From Myxococcota bacterium (GTDB lineage Bacteria; Myxococcota_A; SURF-8), in NCBI GenBank assembly GCA_963674735.2, contig CAXXQS010000002.1:1056001-1120000 (forward strand): a DNA stretch of 64,000 nucleotides, given 5' to 3'. The notes under the pieces are model-generated. The model was not told the DNA's origin, ran no database searches, and saw nothing but the letters and a program-made list of their open reading frames with translations. Both the position numbers and the translations under genes were made by a program. Shown here piece after piece: positions 59,431 through 64,000 of this stretch (the stretch's first letter is position 1; every line of letters starts with the position of its first letter).

Positions 59431-61029
59431 ATGCTTGAGGAAACACGCCCAAACACCGAGGTTTCCACTCCGGTTACGCGGATCTTCCGTTACGGACCGG
59501 AGCTGCTTTTAGCGCTGGCGGCCTGCTTTCTGCTTCTGTTCAACCTGGCCGATCGCCCCCTGTGGACCGACGAAGCCGAGTCGGCGCTTTTGGCGCAAAG
59601 TATCGTCGAACATGGGCTGCCCTACGTCGCTGTCGGAAATAACATCGTCAAGATCGCGCGCGATATCGACGCCAACGCCGACGGCTTGTGGGTCTGGACG
59701 CCTTGGCTGGATGAATACCTCTGCACCGCCTCCTTTGCCCTCTTCGGGACGAGCACCTGGGCGGCGCGCTTTCCGTTCGCGCTGATCGGTCTCTTGTGTG
59801 TGTGGATCATTTATCGACTTGGGTGGCGCTTGTGGCGAAACCGTGCCGTGGCATTGACGGCCGCGTTTCTGCTCACCAGCAACCTCGCGTTTCTGTTATT
59901 CGCGCGCCAGTGCCGCTATTACGCCGTGGTGATGGCGGCGCAGCTTGTTCTGACGGCCGGTTTCGCGCAGCTGGCCCAGGCCGATAACCGCCGCGGAACC
60001 TGGCTGGTGGCGCTGGCGCTGGTCGTCCAGTTCTACTGCAATTACATGATGCTGCCCGGCAACCTGCTGGCGTTGGCGGCGGCAATGTTGCATGGCCGAA
60101 GCGGCCGTCTCGCCTGGCGGCGTCTGATCATTTCCGGCGTCCTTTTCACCCTGGCGGTTCTACCTTGGCTGGCCTACGCCAAACCCTTCGGTCAGGCCGG
60201 AAGCCTCGGCCCCGATCACGCCTGGACGCACCTGGTTTTTTACAGCGACCGCTTGCATTTCCACGTGGTTCCGCTCGTGCTGCTCCTGTTGCCCTTGGCC
60301 GGGCATTTTCTCAAGCGACCGATCACCGCGCCCTTCGAGAACGACGTAACCCGCGCCGCCGAGCGTTTTCTGCTGTGGTGTTTTCCGGCTCACTTTTTCG
60401 TTCTGAGTTTCCAGGGGCTCAATTTCTTCCGCTACATGTTGCCGTTGTTGCCGGCGGCCATCCTGCTTGCGGCGATCTGGCTGGTGCGGGTTTTGCCCGC
60501 GCGCCGCTGGCTGGTTCTGGCGGTGGCGCTTTTAGGACTGACCAACGTCGTGGCGGTCGGCACCGGCGCGGCGGTCGGCGTGCAGCGCCCGTTGGGATCG
60601 CCGCTTGTGGAACAGATCGTTTCCCTCACCACGCCCTACGCCAGCCGACAGACGCGGGTCACGCAGTTCCTACGCGCAAATACCGCGCCCGGCGACCGAG
60701 TGCTGTGCGTCGATTCGGCTCTGCCGCTCATCTTCGATACCGGCTTGACGGTCATCAACGCCTCGCTGACGGACGGCCGCCTGCCGAGCCCGGCCCCCGA
60801 TTGGATTCTCAGCGAAAGCCTGACGGGGGTGTCGCCGCGACGCCTCGATGCTCTGCCCGCCGCCTTGGCTTCGCAATACGAGCGCCTCAGCTTCGACGTT
60901 CCCGACTCCGCCCGCCTCGGCGCCATGCCCGACCCGGTCATGCATGAAGCCTTCACCGCCCCCAAAAAGCGGGCCTTCGTTTTGTATCGTAAAAAGAAAA
61001 ACACGGAGAAATCAGGCGGGAGAAATTGA
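59431..61029 (+). CDS. ArnT/PMT-like (GT-C fold) membrane glycosyltransferase
   Basis: LWTDEAESA, WAARFPFAL, ARQCRYY, RYMLPLLP; multiple TMs. Confidence 0.8.
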   Translation: MLEETRPNTEVSTPVTRIFRYGPELLLALAACFLLLFNLADRPLWTDEAESALLAQSIVEHGLPYVAVGNNIVKIARDIDANADGLWVWTPWLDEYLCTASFALFGTSTWAARFPFALIGLLCVWIIYRLGWRLWRNRAVALTAAFLLTSNLAFLLFARQCRYYAVVMAAQLVLTAGFAQLAQADNRRGTWLVALALVVQFYCNYMMLPGNLLALAAAMLHGRSGRLAWRRLIISGVLFTLAVLPWLAYAKPFGQAGSLGPDHAWTHLVFYSDRLHFHVVPLVLLLLPLAGHFLKRPITAPFENDVTRAAERFLLWCFPAHFFVLSFQGLNFFRYMLPLLPAAILLAAIWLVRVLPARRWLVLAVALLGLTNVVAVGTGAAVGVQRPLGSPLVEQIVSLTTPYASRQTRVTQFLRANTAPGDRVLCVDSALPLIFDTGLTVINASLTDGRLPSPAPDWILSESLTGVSPRRLDALPAALASQYERLSFDVPDSARLGAMPDPVMHEAFTAPKKRAFVLYRKKKNTEKSGGRN

Positions 61030-61046
61030 TCGTCGTTCGCCCTCCC

Positions 61047-61634
61047 CTAGCTGCCGTACCACTTGACCTGCGTAACGGCGCTAAAGCATCGCGCGCCTCG
61101 GCTCAACTCGTCGAAATAAAGGAGGGCCGCCTCGATCAGGGCCTGGACTTGCAGCTCGGTCGCGCTTTGTTTCTCGGAAAGTCGCATCCGTTTGGCGTCC
61201 TGCAGCCCTTCGCCGTCGAGCGCCCGGCGCAGGTGGTGGATGCGCAGAGCCAGGACGGATAGCCGGTCGATCACCATGGCGGGCGATTCGGTGTGCAGGG
61301 GCGCATCGGGTTGGGGAGGAGTCGCGCAGCTGTCGAGCAGGTCGAGCGCCGCCCGGTCGAGCGCTTCGATGGCGTCGTGGCGGCGCAGGTTTTCGCGGTC
61401 GATGCCGCGCTTGACACTCACGATCTCGGCGTCGGTCAGCTCGCTGCGACGCACCCGGTCTTCCAGTTCCCACAAATTCAGATTGCAACCGTGCAGCCGC
61501 ACCACCGCCGCCAGAAAGCCCGGATCGTTCGTCTCCGGCATCGGTGGCGGATCGGCGGCCATGGACAACAAGCCCACCCACAGCTCGCGCGGGTCGGGCA
61601 ACGGCGCACAGGGGCGTGTCGGACCTTTCGTCAC
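61047..61634 (-). CDS. DUF4254-like protein
   Basis: LWELEDRVR..KRGIDRENLRRHDAIEALD..TESPAMVIDRLSVLALRIHH; GTG start overlapping upstream TGA. Confidence 0.7.
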   Translation of the reverse strand: MTKGPTRPCAPLPDPRELWVGLLSMAADPPPMPETNDPGFLAAVVRLHGCNLNLWELEDRVRRSELTDAEIVSVKRGIDRENLRRHDAIEALDRAALDLLDSCATPPQPDAPLHTESPAMVIDRLSVLALRIHHLRRALDGEGLQDAKRMRLSEKQSATELQVQALIEAALLYFDELSRGARCFSAVTQVKWYGS

Positions 61635-62521
61635 TGCAACACCCCCAGCCAGTCGCGCAGCAGAAACTCCAACCGCCCGACCAGAAGCGACATACGCGCC
61701 ATGATGGTATAGCCGAAGGACGCCCCGAAGCTGACCATCAGGAAGTTGACGCCCAGCTTGCTCGCGGTGGCCACCGGCCCTTTTTGTTCGACCGAGAAGA
61801 AAAAGTAAACCAAGACCGTCAAAACCCCGAACAACACCACCACGGAACTCACGCCCGGAATATGCCAGAAGATACCGATGAAAAGCAGCACCGCCGCCGG
61901 TAAGAGCGCCAGCGCGTTCAGCCAGGGTTTGTTGATCAACGACAGCCACAGCCAATCGAGAATCATATAACCCAACACCGCCGCCAGAAATGCGCCTTCC
62001 AACCACAGGTGGACGGGGTCGGCCGACACGAACAGCGGGCCGACGGTGAAGTGCAGCTGCTCGATCATGTAGGTTTCGATGTAATTGGGAATCGCGATAC
62101 CGGAATAAAAGCCCATGATAAACGCGAACGAGATGCGGCTCATCCAACCGAAACGGCGCGACACACGGAAAAGCAGCGCAATCCCCATGAGAAGCGGCAC
62201 CAGCCGCAGCCAGCGACGCGGCACGCCCGGATCGGGAAAGAACAGCGGCTTGATCAGATCGGGCCAGAAAATGTTGAACCAGTAAACGGTGGTCACATAA
62301 CCGGCCGCCACTCCGATATACAGATGCTCCACCAGCTTGAACAACACGTTGTCTTTGTACAAAAAGCTATACATCGAAAGCGTGATGGCCGCCGCCAGCA
62401 TAATGCCGAAGCCCGTCCAGTCGGCGGGCAATCGGCCGCTGATCAGCAGCCAGGCATTGGAGCCGAGAATCAATGTGGCCAGTGCGGCGAAGAGGATGCG
62501 ATCGCGCAGATGTTCGTTCAT
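61631..62521 (-). CDS. Polytopic membrane protein of unknown function
   Basis: SFLYKDNVLFKLVEHLYIGVAAGY..FLMVSFGASFGYTIMARMSLL; many TMs. Confidence 0.8.
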   Translation of the reverse strand: MNEHLRDRILFAALATLILGSNAWLLISGRLPADWTGFGIMLAAAITLSMYSFLYKDNVLFKLVEHLYIGVAAGYVTTVYWFNIFWPDLIKPLFFPDPGVPRRWLRLVPLLMGIALLFRVSRRFGWMSRISFAFIMGFYSGIAIPNYIETYMIEQLHFTVGPLFVSADPVHLWLEGAFLAAVLGYMILDWLWLSLINKPWLNALALLPAAVLLFIGIFWHIPGVSSVVVLFGVLTVLVYFFFSVEQKGPVATASKLGVNFLMVSFGASFGYTIMARMSLLVGRLEFLLRDWLGVLQ

Positions 62522-62530
62522 GATGCCCCC

Positions 62531-63373
62531 CTATGCCCGGCCGGAACGTCGCGCGCGACGCTCCAGGAAAAAGATCACGTTGCCGAACAACACCAGAAGA
62601 ACCAGCAGCACGTGGATGGCCGATTGCGGCCGCATGCCCACCGCCGCCCGGTCGGGCCGGTCGATCAGCGTTTCATATTCGGCGGCGCCCACCAAGCCTC
62701 CCAGCAGGCCTTTGATCTGGCCCGTTTGCAAGAAGGGGTAAACGTCGGGCGCCATCACGCCGGTCGCGCCCACCCCATATTTGAAGCGGTATTTCTCGCT
62801 GCCGAAGACCATCCAAACTTCCCAGGCGGCCGTGGAGGCCACCGAGAACACATAGCCGAAGTCCGACAACGACCCGATGTCCTTGGTGATGGGATAGCTT
62901 TTGAGATCCACCCCTTTGAAGTCCAGAGGAAAGGCGTCGTAGAAATCCTGGCCCATGTTGATCACCAGCGTGGCGAAACCCGCCTTGTAACCGAGATAGA
63001 CGTAATCCTCGCCGTACTTGCTGCCGAATTCGGCGGCGGTTTCTTCGAGCACCGTCTGACCCAGATTCTGACCGTGCGGGTTGTGGGTCATGCCCACCAC
63101 TTTGACATCGCGCATGAAGGCGTGACGCAACACCGCGCGGCTCATCGGCTCCAGTTCGGGTTTGCCTGCGGGATCGTAATCCATCGAAAGCAACAGCACC
63201 TCGCCGCTTTCGTGCAGAAGCTCGATCTGGTCGTAGACGTCTTTCACGATCCGCTTGGGTCGGCTGGGTAAATCGAAGTCCACCAGACGTGCGAAAATCG
63301 CCGCCACCAGGACAAACAAAAAGATCCAGCGGCGGTCGAGATCCAGCAGCCGGTTGAGCGTCTGCCGCTTCAT
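62531..63373 (-). CDS. Membrane-anchored protein of unknown function
   Basis: DRRWIF..DYDP..ELEP..YGEDYVYLGY..GLLGGLVGAAEYE; TAATG overlap with upstream gene. Confidence 0.8.
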   Translation of the reverse strand: MKRQTLNRLLDLDRRWIFLFVLVAAIFARLVDFDLPSRPKRIVKDVYDQIELLHESGEVLLLSMDYDPAGKPELEPMSRAVLRHAFMRDVKVVGMTHNPHGQNLGQTVLEETAAEFGSKYGEDYVYLGYKAGFATLVINMGQDFYDAFPLDFKGVDLKSYPITKDIGSLSDFGYVFSVASTAAWEVWMVFGSEKYRFKYGVGATGVMAPDVYPFLQTGQIKGLLGGLVGAAEYETLIDRPDRAAVGMRPQSAIHVLLVLLVLFGNVIFFLERRARRSGRA

Positions 63374-64000
63374 TACTCGCCTCCTAAATAGGCGCGCTCG
63401 ACGCCGAAGATGATGCGCAGCGAGGTCGCCACCACGCCCAGGGCGACACCGAGAAAGATGCCGCGCTTGACCGCCGCATTGGGAATTTCCATCAGCCAGG
63501 TCGATAACTCGGGGAGCTTGGGCGAGATCATGTCGCCGATGGGCACCTGCCCCACCATGACCACCAGCGCCGCCACCAGAAGCAGCGCCGCCGAACCGGT
63601 CCGGGCGCGGAACGTGCGGTAGGCGGCCGAGGCGATGAAAAAGGCCAACACCGAAAACATGGTCGCTCCGGCGGGCTTGAAGATGTAATCGTAAATCCAG
63701 TTCAGCATACCGTGGCTGGCACGCTGGGCGAAAATCCAATCGCCTTCATTGTAAATACCCACCAGAAACGTGATCAGGAAGCCGGTCCACAACACGATGG
63801 AATAACCGAAGCCCGAGTCGCGCCGTTCGATGCGTTTGAAGTGCATGCGCAACAGCGAATACATCCCCAGGAGCAGCGCGAACGCGGCCAGCAGGCGGTC
63901 CCAGCCCACCAATTCGGTGTACATGTCCTCCATCGACTGATGCGGCACATAGCCGATCATAATGCCGATCATGCCGAACACGAAGGCGATCATCAGCGGG
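63373..64000 (-). CDS. Polytopic membrane protein of unknown function (start likely beyond right edge)
   Basis: TMFSVLAFFIASAAYRTFR..PNAAVKRGI..LRIIFGVER. Confidence 0.8.
   Translation of the reverse strand, partial: PLMIAFVFGMIGIMIGYVPHQSMEDMYTELVGWDRLLAAFALLLGMYSLLRMHFKRIERRDSGFGYSIVLWTGFLITFLVGIYNEGDWIFAQRASHGMLNWIYDYIFKPAGATMFSVLAFFIASAAYRTFRARTGSAALLLVAALVVMVGQVPIGDMISPKLPELSTWLMEIPNAAVKRGIFLGVALGVVATSLRIIFGVERAYLGGE

Noticed and set aside
1-64000. tRNA or rRNA genes
   Set aside because: None recognised by eye; a tRNAscan/Rfam run would be needed to exclude them formally.

Overview
GC-rich bacterial chromosomal window. Gene content suggests a deltaproteobacterial/Myxococcota-like host (inference from Hanks kinases with PEGA/FGE domains, an FHA-GAF sigma54 activator, Asp-rich lipoproteins and the mfd-PPIase-pdxA order). 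The backbone is housekeeping: mtnA, a FadR-like TetR with etfBA, mobB, GH4, uvrB, uvrA, pdxA, three parvulin PPIases, mfd, plsC and rpe. Two accessory elements stand out. (1) A complete IS110-family element (17042-18219, minus strand) is inserted exactly into a GTAG-type REP. The CT core, the circle-junction promoter and all four bridge-RNA guide segments matching its own target and donor can be read from the sequence. (2) A ~17.3 kb head-and-tail-only phage cluster (38003-55256, minus strand) encodes terminase, portal, scaffold, capsid, tail tube, a frameshifted tail chaperone, a very short tape measure and a hub-like protein. It has no recognisable integrase, replication, repressor or endolysin genes, is preceded by a 10-bp-phased GGAGC array and contains intrinsic terminators. 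It is a candidate gene-transfer-agent-like system. All product calls are by motif recognition by eye; no database searches were run.
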